Shown here: one piece after another, positions 7,363-14,113 of the stretch | Layout of the letters: each line of letters starts with the position of its first letter | Numbering within the stretch: the first letter of the stretch is position 1 | DNA from: a virus | Strand: one strand, 5' to 3' | Length of the DNA stretch: 43,647 nt | IMG/VR virus record: IMGVR_UViG_3300042269_000036 | Translations under genes and position numbers: made by a program | Notes under the pieces: model-generated | What the model was told of the DNA's origin: nothing | The model's input: only the letters and a program-made list of their open reading frames with translations | The model's database searches: none

Positions 7363-7395
7363 GGGCGACGGTCAACCCGCCGCCCTTTGTTTGTT
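7363..7395 (+). terminator. Hairpin + T-run, terminator-like on the plus strand
   Basis: GGGCGACGG-tcaac-CCGCCGCCC (one mismatch) followed by TTTGTTTGTT. Overlaps the stop of minus-strand gene 7372..7575. No U-tract in the minus orientation. Confidence 0.45.
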
Positions 7396-7575
7396 ATACA
7401 CCCGCACCGTAAAACCCGGTCGCTTCATGGCGGGGAGGATGTCAATCTTACTGTATTTGCTATCCTTCACGCTGTATCCGGTAACGACCAACTCTCGGTT
7501 CAAAACGTCATCGATACGGATCTTGTTGCCGTCCAGGATTTCTGGATCTTCGGCAAAATCGGAGAAACGTTGCAT
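7372..7575 (-). CDS. Last late gene, hypothetical (67 aa)
   Basis: ATG 7575 overlaps the upstream TGA. MQRFSDFAEDPEILDGNKIRIDDVLNRELVVTGYSV. Confidence 0.55.
   Translation of the reverse strand: MQRFSDFAEDPEILDGNKIRIDDVLNRELVVTGYSVKDSKYSKIDILPAMKRPGFTVRVYNKQRAAG
7405..7446 (+). repeat. 42-bp repeat, copy A (inverted partner at 35890..35931)
   Basis: CACCGTAAAACCCGGTCGCTTCATGGCGGGGAGGATGTCAAT versus the reverse complement of copy B: 38/42 identical by hand alignment. Confidence 0.9.
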
Positions 7576-7886
7576 CACAATCCAGCCAGAGCACTATCCA
7601 CAAGGGTGTAACAGCTTTCGCGGAAGGTCTGATAATCCAGCCATTCCTGCGAGGTACGATCGAGTGCGAGTTTTCCGAGTTGAGATGAATAATCGTGACG
7701 CTCCGTGATCAGGGCGTCAATCAATGTCCCTCTGTTTATATCCGGCACATTGACATAATCGTATTCATATCCCTGCACAGTTTCGCCATCGACAATCTTC
7801 TCAACCTGTTCAATGTTAAACCGGAACTGATAACCGCCGTTGTGCGGCACGATTGCGTCAGGTTGCTGTGTACTGCTGCCTTTCAT
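7575..7886 (-). CDS. Hypothetical acidic protein (103 aa)
   Basis: ATG 7886 with AAAGGAG RBS. The track start at 8012 lies inside the upstream gene and is rejected. Confidence 0.6.
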   Translation of the reverse strand: MKGSSTQQPDAIVPHNGGYQFRFNIEQVEKIVDGETVQGYEYDYVNVPDINRGTLIDALITERHDYSSQLGKLALDRTSQEWLDYQTFRESCYTLVDSALAGL

Positions 7887-7923
7887 AATTAACTCCTTTG
7901 TGGGTATTTTTTGTGCGGACGCA

Positions 7924-9195
7924 TTACGCTTTCTTAAAGCAGAGCCGCCCGCCGACATCCGTCCTCGCAGTCGAAGCCGCGCTAAACGCAAACCAATAGA
8001 ACGGACCCGCAACCGAACCGTAAAACGCGTAACCGCCCACCCGGAAAACGCGCAGACCCGCCGCTTGATAGAAATAGTCGGTCATTTTTGTGGATGACGA
8101 ACCTGTAACATCTGCCGGGAGGACGATGCCTAGCCCGGAGTGCGGTTTGCCGCCGTAGCCGTTGCTGGTTGGCAACAGCACGCCGTCACCTACGGCGTTG
8201 AGCAATCGCGTCCAGCCAGCCACTGATGAGTAATTAAACGGCGGCTTGGTCTTGTAGTAGACCGCATAATCGCTCACAAGAGATGCCACGCGGTCCCAGA
8301 CGTTGCCGTAGGTGTTTTCGATGCCGAGTACCTGGGAATAGTCGGTAAGATAGCCGTCCGTGCCACCGGCTTGCACAGCACTGTGATAACCGCCTGCTGC
8401 ATCACCAAGACCACAACGCCCGATATTGACGTCGTTGGTCCATCCGCCATCGGTTAATGCGGTCCGCCCGCCGCCGACCATGCTCTGAAAATTCCAGCCC
8501 GCAAAAGCCACCAGCAGCAGCAACCGCTCCCAATGCCGCGTCATAAAATCCGCCTGCTGCCAACCCGCCCCGCGAGCCTCCGCCAGGGTATCGGTTACCT
8601 CCGTGGTCAAACCGGCATGGCCCCAATCGCCTGTACGGGTTGTTACCGGCCAGACGGGGGATGTGCCGTCGCGGGGGTCTTTAGCTATAGAGGACAATTT
8701 GTTTTGTCCAGGGACAAGTGACGCCTCATATGCCCCCAGATACACCGCGCTACTGTCCGCAAACACCGGATGCAGCGCGAAACCGTCGAGGGGCAGGTGG
8801 CTGAGCAGGATGTAATACCAATCGCCCCATATACCGGTTTTGACGTAGGCCGGTAGATACTCCATCATGATCTGACCATTACCGCCGGTAAGATCAACGT
8901 CTGTACCATCCTCATGTTTGGTAAAGTCCGCCCAACTAATGCCTTTATAGACCGTTCCGTCATCGGCAAGGACAACGCGCCTTAGCTGCTGAAAGATCGG
9001 CGATATGTAGGTGCCCGGGAAGCTACCCACGGCAAGGCCCTGCGCTGAACCGAGGCGTTGCCAAGTATCGGTGGTGATGTTGTAGGCGGCCCCGACATAG
9101 TTTGATTGGGTCGCCCCTCCAATATCGCCGGTCATTGCCAGCATATTGGTGACAGCATCGTTAAGCTGGTCAAACGTATAACTTAAAGTACCCAT
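7924..9195 (-). CDS. Second receptor-binding candidate with lectin/FGE-like C-terminus (423 aa)
   Basis: GIENTYGNVWDRV and terminal RVFRVGGYAFYGSVAGPFYWFAFSAASTARTDVGGRLCF resemble the C-type-lectin fold ends of Mtd-like tail proteins (from memory). Confidence 0.45.
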   Translation of the reverse strand: MGTLSYTFDQLNDAVTNMLAMTGDIGGATQSNYVGAAYNITTDTWQRLGSAQGLAVGSFPGTYISPIFQQLRRVVLADDGTVYKGISWADFTKHEDGTDVDLTGGNGQIMMEYLPAYVKTGIWGDWYYILLSHLPLDGFALHPVFADSSAVYLGAYEASLVPGQNKLSSIAKDPRDGTSPVWPVTTRTGDWGHAGLTTEVTDTLAEARGAGWQQADFMTRHWERLLLLVAFAGWNFQSMVGGGRTALTDGGWTNDVNIGRCGLGDAAGGYHSAVQAGGTDGYLTDYSQVLGIENTYGNVWDRVASLVSDYAVYYKTKPPFNYSSVAGWTRLLNAVGDGVLLPTSNGYGGKPHSGLGIVLPADVTGSSSTKMTDYFYQAAGLRVFRVGGYAFYGSVAGPFYWFAFSAASTARTDVGGRLCFKKA

Positions 9196-9347
9196 TATGC
9201 TTCCCTTTTTGTGTAGACAGGTTCGCCGTTTACGTCAAAAACGGGTTCTGGTTTCCCTGTTGTGTTGTTGAGAGCGTAGAGCCTCGTTCTGCGCCGCAGT
9301 GCGTTTCCGCCACCTCTGCCGATGCCTAAGCCAAGACCAAGTTTCAT
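9195..9347 (-). CDS. Small protein (50 aa, below the ORF-track cutoff)
   Basis: Hand translation MKLGLGLGIGRGGGNALRRRTRLYALNNTTGKPEPVFDVNGEPVYTKREA. AAAGGAGGG RBS; ATGA overlap upstream and TAATG overlap downstream. Confidence 0.55.
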   Translation of the reverse strand: MKLGLGLGIGRGGGNALRRRTRLYALNNTTGKPEPVFDVNGEPVYTKREA

Positions 9348-9757
9348 TTCGCCCTCCTTTTATCCACCGTCCGCGCCGCCGAATAACCGACATAGCCGAC
9401 ACCAAACAGCGTATAGAGCGTGTCAGGGATAGCTTGCAGCCAAGCTTTAAACCCTTCCGCGACACCTACCGCTATCGCCGGATAAAACGCGTGCAAAACG
9501 CCCATTGGGATACCGGCAAGAATGCAGACATAAATAACGTACATAAATGACGGGCGGGCGCGGGAAGTCCACGGGTCTTTGCTGTTGGCCTCCGCGAGAA
9601 TAGCGGACATGCGCGTTTCCAGTTCTTTCAACTCGCCGTTTTGCTGCATCTTTACAAGTTCCGCCTTGGCCTTCATTTTTTCCACAGGGTCAGGTATAAA
9701 CTTGTCGATCAGCTTACCGCCGATATCTAAAACGCCATCGATAATCGGTATCATCAT
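9344..9757 (-). CDS. Holin, 3-TM GTA-type family by eye (137 aa)
   Basis: N-terminal IIDGVLDIGGKLIDKFIPDPVEKMKAKAEL...AEANSKDPWTSRARPSFMY followed by hydrophobic segments. Start ATG 9757 overlaps the upstream stop. Confidence 0.6.
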   Translation of the reverse strand: MMIPIIDGVLDIGGKLIDKFIPDPVEKMKAKAELVKMQQNGELKELETRMSAILAEANSKDPWTSRARPSFMYVIYVCILAGIPMGVLHAFYPAIAVGVAEGFKAWLQAIPDTLYTLFGVGYVGYSAARTVDKRRAK

Positions 9758-10269
9758 TTGTCCGCTGTCCTCCGTAGTGTCGCCGATGGGTGCAGATAGA
9801 CCGCGCCTTCCTCGTCCGGGAATTCGGCCCACTGGCACCGCCCACTGTCGCTGTCAATGTTGTAAGGCTTGCTGCCGATATAAAACCCTGCGCCGTTGGA
9901 GCCCTTGAAACTGATAAACAGCCCCGGCAGCGGAACGAGACAGCGAAACACGTTGGCGTCCGGGTTGCTCCAGTCGTGCGCCCAAGGCTTTCCGGTCCAG
10001 ACATACCGCCCAAACGACATTGCCACAGTCAGCCCCCATGGGTAGGCAAACAGCCGTTCCTTGCCGCGTTTCTCGTCGTCGTCCGGCCACGGCTCCAAGC
10101 GGAGCGCAACAATCCACGCCCTGTGCATGGGGTTGAGTTTTGCAGCCATCTTGACGGTCCACTGCCACGCAAGCAGGGGATAGGAGACGCAAGCGGCAAG
10201 AACACGCATGCACCACGTTTTAGTGTCTGCGTACCAACCGGCGAATAAGTTGTGTAATTTCGTCAGCAT
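9754..10269 (-). CDS. Hypothetical protein with N-terminal hydrophobic segment (171 aa)
   Basis: ORF with AAAAGG RBS region, coupled to the holin gene. Confidence 0.55.
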   Translation of the reverse strand: MLTKLHNLFAGWYADTKTWCMRVLAACVSYPLLAWQWTVKMAAKLNPMHRAWIVALRLEPWPDDDEKRGKERLFAYPWGLTVAMSFGRYVWTGKPWAHDWSNPDANVFRCLVPLPGLFISFKGSNGAGFYIGSKPYNIDSDSGRCQWAEFPDEEGAVYLHPSATLRRTADK

Positions 10270-10336
10270 ATTTTTACCTTTTCGTTGATTGCTAATCTAC
10301 GGACCCGCTCTTGGTGCGCGTAACCTTTTGTTATGC

Positions 10337-10441
10337 CTAGGAAAGTTTGCTTGACTGTTGTTTGATACATTGTTGGCAGTGCGGCGTGTAGGCTTTGCCG
10401 CAAGCCTTGCAGTCAGCCCAAGTCAGTACATTGGTATCCAT
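10337..10441 (-). CDS. Possible 34-aa CxxC...CxxC mini-protein
   Basis: Hand translation MDTNVLTWADCKACGKAYTPHCQQCIKQQSSKLS. Overlaps the 3' end of the phosphoesterase gene; weak RBS. Confidence 0.25.
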   Translation of the reverse strand: MDTNVLTWADCKACGKAYTPHCQQCIKQQSSKLS

Positions 10442-11376
10442 TCCGACCGTATCCTTTCCAAGCCTGTGCCGTTCGGGAAGGCTTCGATAACCCAGAACCC
10501 AACATGAGCCGCCAGCTTTTTGCCCCGCATAAACTTGGTTTGCGAACAGCCCGTACCGACCTCAAACGCCTGCACATTCCGGCAATCGAGTTGCACTGAT
10601 TTGTGGGCGTGGCCGCTAAGTAAAATGTGCGGTTTATCGCCGCCAGAAAGCCCCTCAATGAACTTTTGCAGCCGGTACGATAAAGCGTATGAGGCACCGT
10701 CCCTGCCATGCCACAGCATGATTTCCAGGCCGTTAACGGTAATGGTCGCTTCGTCTTGTCCAAGGTGCGTGAAGTGCGGCACCATCTTTTCGATTTGCTT
10801 GCCGCTGATAAGGCCGATGTTGCCCTTCTCTTGGTACCAAGCGTCATGATTGCCGTCGATGGCCTTGATAGGGCATGGCGCTTGGTTGAGATAGGAGCAA
10901 GCGAGATCCACTTGTGCATCGAACCCAACAGCGTCAAGCTCGTAAATATGCCCCGGTCTGCCGCTCATGCCTTCCAGAATATCGCCAGCGTGAAGGATGC
11001 AAGACACGTTTTCCGATGCCGCCATGTCGCACAGCCTCCACCAGAAGTCAGGAGAGCTTTTGTTATGGCCCCAATGGGTGTCACCGCAGGCAATGAACTT
11101 GACGCTTTCGGTTCCCCACTCGTAATGCTTCGGCTGGCTCTTTTCCGGCTTCTTGAGGCTGCGAAGGATGACTTCGATTTCCGCATCCCGCAGATTGCTG
11201 ACCTTTTCCAGCAAAGCTCCGCGCTTTACGTCGCCATTCCCGGCAAGCTCCCGGCGCTTTCGACGCAAAAAAAGGCGGGCTTTTTTCTCGCCCACCTTCG
11301 CTGCCTTCTTCAATCTGTCGCGGCCTATAGTCGGGTCAGCACGGAAGGCCGCTTCCATGCGCTGTGTGTCTGTCAA
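10423..11376 (-). CDS. Calcineurin-like metallophosphoesterase with ~90-aa basic N-terminal extension (317 aa)
   Basis: GDTHWG, HAGDILEG, DGNHD and SGHAH motifs in canonical order. TTG start with GGAGGG RBS. Confidence 0.8.
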   Translation of the reverse strand: MTDTQRMEAAFRADPTIGRDRLKKAAKVGEKKARLFLRRKRRELAGNGDVKRGALLEKVSNLRDAEIEVILRSLKKPEKSQPKHYEWGTESVKFIACGDTHWGHNKSSPDFWWRLCDMAASENVSCILHAGDILEGMSGRPGHIYELDAVGFDAQVDLACSYLNQAPCPIKAIDGNHDAWYQEKGNIGLISGKQIEKMVPHFTHLGQDEATITVNGLEIMLWHGRDGASYALSYRLQKFIEGLSGGDKPHILLSGHAHKSVQLDCRNVQAFEVGTGCSQTKFMRGKKLAAHVGFWVIEAFPNGTGLERIRSEWIPMY

Positions 11377-11543
11377 TTTCCCTCCGTGGGTGCGATTGCA
11401 CCCTTATAGGGTACGCGGTCTTTGTATTCTTCGCGCTTGCCACGGTTCCACTGAGTTACGGGTCTGTACCTAATAAAAGCCGCAAACTCTGGACGCTAAG
11501 AATAGACCTCGGTCTTAGCATTGCACTTTTCGCGGTCTTTCAT
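11373..11543 (-). pseudogene. Small ORF interrupted by an in-frame TAG after codon 15
   Basis: AAAGGAGGTGG RBS, then MKDREKCNAKTEVYS-TAG-RPEFAAFIRYRPVTQWNRGKREEYKDRVPYKGAIAPTEGN. Its final TGA overlaps the TTG start of the next gene. Confidence 0.4.
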
Positions 11544-11591
11544 TGGCACCACCTCCTTTCAAAGTTCCCGCTACGTGGATTCCCGTAACGG

Positions 11592-11756
11592 TCAAATGAG
11601 CTCTTCGTATCGCTCACGTTCTTCCCTTCGGAAATTCGGGTTAATACACGGTTCGGCATAGTGCAAATTACAGGCGTTGCAGACCTGCGTGCATTCTTCT
11701 CGGTCTTCGCATACGTCGCAACACTTCGCCCGCCCGTAGATTTCGCAGAAGCACAT
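11592..11756 (-). CDS. Cys-rich mini-protein (54 aa, 10 Cys; below the ORF-track cutoff)
   Basis: ATG overlaps the endolysin TGA (TGATG). MCFCEIYGRAKCCDVCEDREECTQVCNACNLHYAEPC. Confidence 0.45.
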   Translation of the reverse strand: MCFCEIYGRAKCCDVCEDREECTQVCNACNLHYAEPCINPNFRREERERYEELI

Positions 11757-12136
11757 CAGTACAACCACGCTACGTACGGGTCTTTGTCTTCGTCGCCATC
11801 CACATGGATAAAATCACGGCCGATTCCTATGCGCGTAAACCCAGCACTGATAAGTGCAAACAGCACAAAAAACCTGTGGCGGCTCCCGATAGTCGATATG
11901 TCCGCAGCGCATCCCTTTATATGCGACGAGGTTGGCTTAGAGCCGACCGCAGCGTTATGACTAGGGCAACGGTATCCGCTGGTGATTTTAAAGCGCACAC
12001 CGGCCATTTCTCGCGCCTCGTCCAGTTTGTGCAGGAAAACGCGGTCTACTTTCTCAACTCCGCAGCATCTGCACGAAAACTCGCCTGGTACGAAATGCTC
12101 AATCTCGTCCCACAGCCCTTTTTCAAACTTCGTCAT
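11756..12136 (-). CDS. Peptidase M15-type endolysin
   Basis: SGYRCPSHNAAVGSKPTSSHIKGCAADI zinc-peptidase signature. Confidence 0.8.
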   Translation of the reverse strand: MTKFEKGLWDEIEHFVPGEFSCRCCGVEKVDRVFLHKLDEAREMAGVRFKITSGYRCPSHNAAVGSKPTSSHIKGCAADISTIGSRHRFFVLFALISAGFTRIGIGRDFIHVDGDEDKDPYVAWLY

Positions 12137-12139
12137 GCG

Positions 12140-12367
12140 TTACCCTCCGATCTTGGACTTGAAACTCGCACCGACGATGAACAGAGCCAAAGCACCAAGC
12201 AGCACAAGAGCTATAAACCCGCGACGGATTGCGCTTGTTGACTCGCGGTAAATCTTGAGCAGAGTTCGGATGTCGTGGCGGTCATCTTCGGTAAATGTGC
12301 AGTCGTGGTTGATTTGTACCGCATCGGCAATAGCTTTAATGTCTTCGTCGGTAAGAGTCCGTTTCAT
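12140..12367 (-). CDS. Small protein with C-terminal TM helix, holin/anchor candidate (75 aa)
   Basis: RRGFIALVLLGALALFIVGASF; directly upstream of the endolysin. Confidence 0.5.
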   Translation of the reverse strand: MKRTLTDEDIKAIADAVQINHDCTFTEDDRHDIRTLLKIYRESTSAIRRGFIALVLLGALALFIVGASFKSKIGG

Positions 12368-12376
12368 TGGCCCACT

Positions 12377-12401
12377 AAAAAGCCCCGATTGACACCGGGG
12401 C
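12377..12401 (-). terminator. Intrinsic terminator after the tail-fibre gene
   Basis: GCCCCG-gtgtcaat-CGGGGC followed by TTTTT on the minus strand. Confidence 0.65.
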
Positions 12402-12502
12402 AGTTGTTGGTTAAATTTCGAATATGAACACGAGATATGCGATATATTTTTATCTTTGCAGGATTTACGTTTTAACGTTCCTGTTTTTGGTGCTTTTATA
12501 GA

Positions 12503-14113
12503 TTAGTCCCATAGGTATTTGTAGCCTAGGCATATAAGGCCTGCACTGAGGGCTGTGCTACTGGCCCTTAGGCGTATTTCGGAAGAGGCATCGCAAAGAA
12601 TTTCAATCTCCATTTGTGATCTTTGGGAGACCAACCCGTCACGCGTCATGCGAAGATTGTATGTTTCTGAGGTTGGTGCCGTGTCTGTTTGTCTCGTCTC
12701 TGTAACCAACCCGAAAAGGTCGCCAGAGCCAGTCGGACAGTTTAGGAGGAAAGAAACCCTTGCTCGAGAACCTGGAGGTGCGGTCAGCCTCATTGTTTCC
12801 GCATTGGTGGGAAGCGCCGTTCGCGTTCTTTCTTTTTTCGGCGTGTCCCAAACAATTCTGCCATCGCTGTCTGAAAAAAATGGTACGATATTCCCGGCCC
12901 CGTCATTAAGCACCCACCCTATCTGCCTGTATAGCGAATATGAAGACGCATCGGAAAGCAGGTTTGTTGCAGAGGCGTCAGAATCGAACCCAGCATCGAT
13001 CAAGGACAAATCTGACGAAGCGATTAAAAACACCCTGTACCATTCGGGCTCGGTGCGCGTGAAGACGGCAGTACCATCCGACACGGTGGGATTTGATGTT
13101 GCGTACCCTGACGGCTGCGAAGAACCGGAAGTTCCAGCGGTGGTGCACTCCCACCACCAAGGTGAAGAAGTTACTTTAATCAAATCGCCAAGGCTGTAAG
13201 CCGTGGAATTTGCCCTGTCTTCGATGCTCGTCTCTAGCGTCAAACCTGACGGGAACCCTCCTGCGTCTGTTCCTTGCGCCCATGCTGCGTCAATCTGTTT
13301 TGTCAAGCCGGTCGCTAAAGTTATAATCGCCTGGTTTGTGCTGTCACGGCATGCGCCCGCAGATATGTCTATATCGTGGGATGCGTCGGTCCCGTTCGCA
13401 ATATTTAATCCATAGTGTGATGCGCCAAGCATTACGCTTGCTGCGTTTAGGCTTGCAGGAGTTACAGCTGCGGCAGTGTCTTCCCCTGCTTGTGTATCCG
13501 CGTCGGTAGCGAACCTCATCACCCCTTTAAGGACGCTTGTCGCATCGGCGTCGATCTTTTCCAAAGTCACTGCGCCTTTGGCAAGTTTCTCCGTTACAAT
13601 TGAGCCGTTTTCAACTATGGTATATTGTGGCGTTTCGTTTGTCACAGCATCCCCGGTTTCGTTCCACACGAGGACTTTCCCCGCCTCGGGATGCGGCAGG
13701 TCGGTACTCGCTCCGGAAGTATCGGAATCGGGGAGCTTAAACGACACGCCGACTTGTCGGGACAGTTGTTGTATCTGCATAACGATCCGGTCAAGCTCTT
13801 GTTCCAGCGTGTCCGGCCTGAACCCGTCGCCCTGGATTAAGTCAAGCCGTTGCGTGTAATCAACGTTCCGCACGACAATCAATTTCCCGTCGCTGTATGT
13901 TGCAACCGTAGTAAGCTCACCGCCACTTTCACTGCCCGCTCCCGTTAGGGTATAATCGGTTGTGAGCGTCAGAGGATATGAAATGTCACCGGCTGCATCT
14001 TCACGATAGACCGTCAAATCTGAGTCTTGGAGGAAATAAAAAGGGACGGTATAAACCGTCCCCCCTGTGCAAACGAAAATTTGCTTGCTTGTCTCGTTGG
14101 ATAGTGCCATCAC
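12503..14113 (-). CDS. Tail fibre / tailspike (536 aa)
   Basis: Position after the internal virion genes. N-terminal YFLQDSDLTVY...DYTLTG...LIVVRNVDYTQRLDL...LEQELDRIVMQIQQL is an adaptor-type block. Confidence 0.65.
   Translation of the reverse strand: MMALSNETSKQIFVCTGGTVYTVPFYFLQDSDLTVYREDAAGDISYPLTLTTDYTLTGAGSESGGELTTVATYSDGKLIVVRNVDYTQRLDLIQGDGFRPDTLEQELDRIVMQIQQLSRQVGVSFKLPDSDTSGASTDLPHPEAGKVLVWNETGDAVTNETPQYTIVENGSIVTEKLAKGAVTLEKIDADATSVLKGVMRFATDADTQAGEDTAAAVTPASLNAASVMLGASHYGLNIANGTDASHDIDISAGACRDSTNQAIITLATGLTKQIDAAWAQGTDAGGFPSGLTLETSIEDRANSTAYSLGDLIKVTSSPWWWECTTAGTSGSSQPSGYATSNPTVSDGTAVFTRTEPEWYRVFLIASSDLSLIDAGFDSDASATNLLSDASSYSLYRQIGWVLNDGAGNIVPFFSDSDGRIVWDTPKKERTRTALPTNAETMRLTAPPGSRARVSFLLNCPTGSGDLFGLVTETRQTDTAPTSETYNLRMTRDGLVSQRSQMEIEILCDASSEIRLRASSTALSAGLICLGYKYLWD

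Noticed and set aside
7294-7395. Plus-strand mini-gene (ATGGTGGGAGAGGAGGTGTAG, 6 codons) between the weak divergent promoter and the 7363..7395 hairpin
   Set aside because: It is too short and the promoter -10 (TGGGAT) is poor. It is kept only as a possible short non-coding transcript in the early-control finding.
7372-8070. A diversity-generating retroelement (template repeat near 7372..7450 for the variable-looking 3' end of 7924..9195)
   Set aside because: Shared GTTTTACGGT and GCGGGT strings prompted a hand alignment. Too many mismatches fall on non-adenine positions, no reverse transcriptase or Avd-like ORF exists anywhere in the genome, and 7575..7886 is acidic and not helical-bundle-like.
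11496-11498. Genome-wide TAG reassignment or a phage suppressor tRNA, as an explanation for the in-frame amber
   Set aside because: TAG terminates several well-supported, coupled genes (20794..22518, 4041..4655, 34717..34875, 36453..36647, 33745..34140). The only tRNA has anticodon UGU (Thr).
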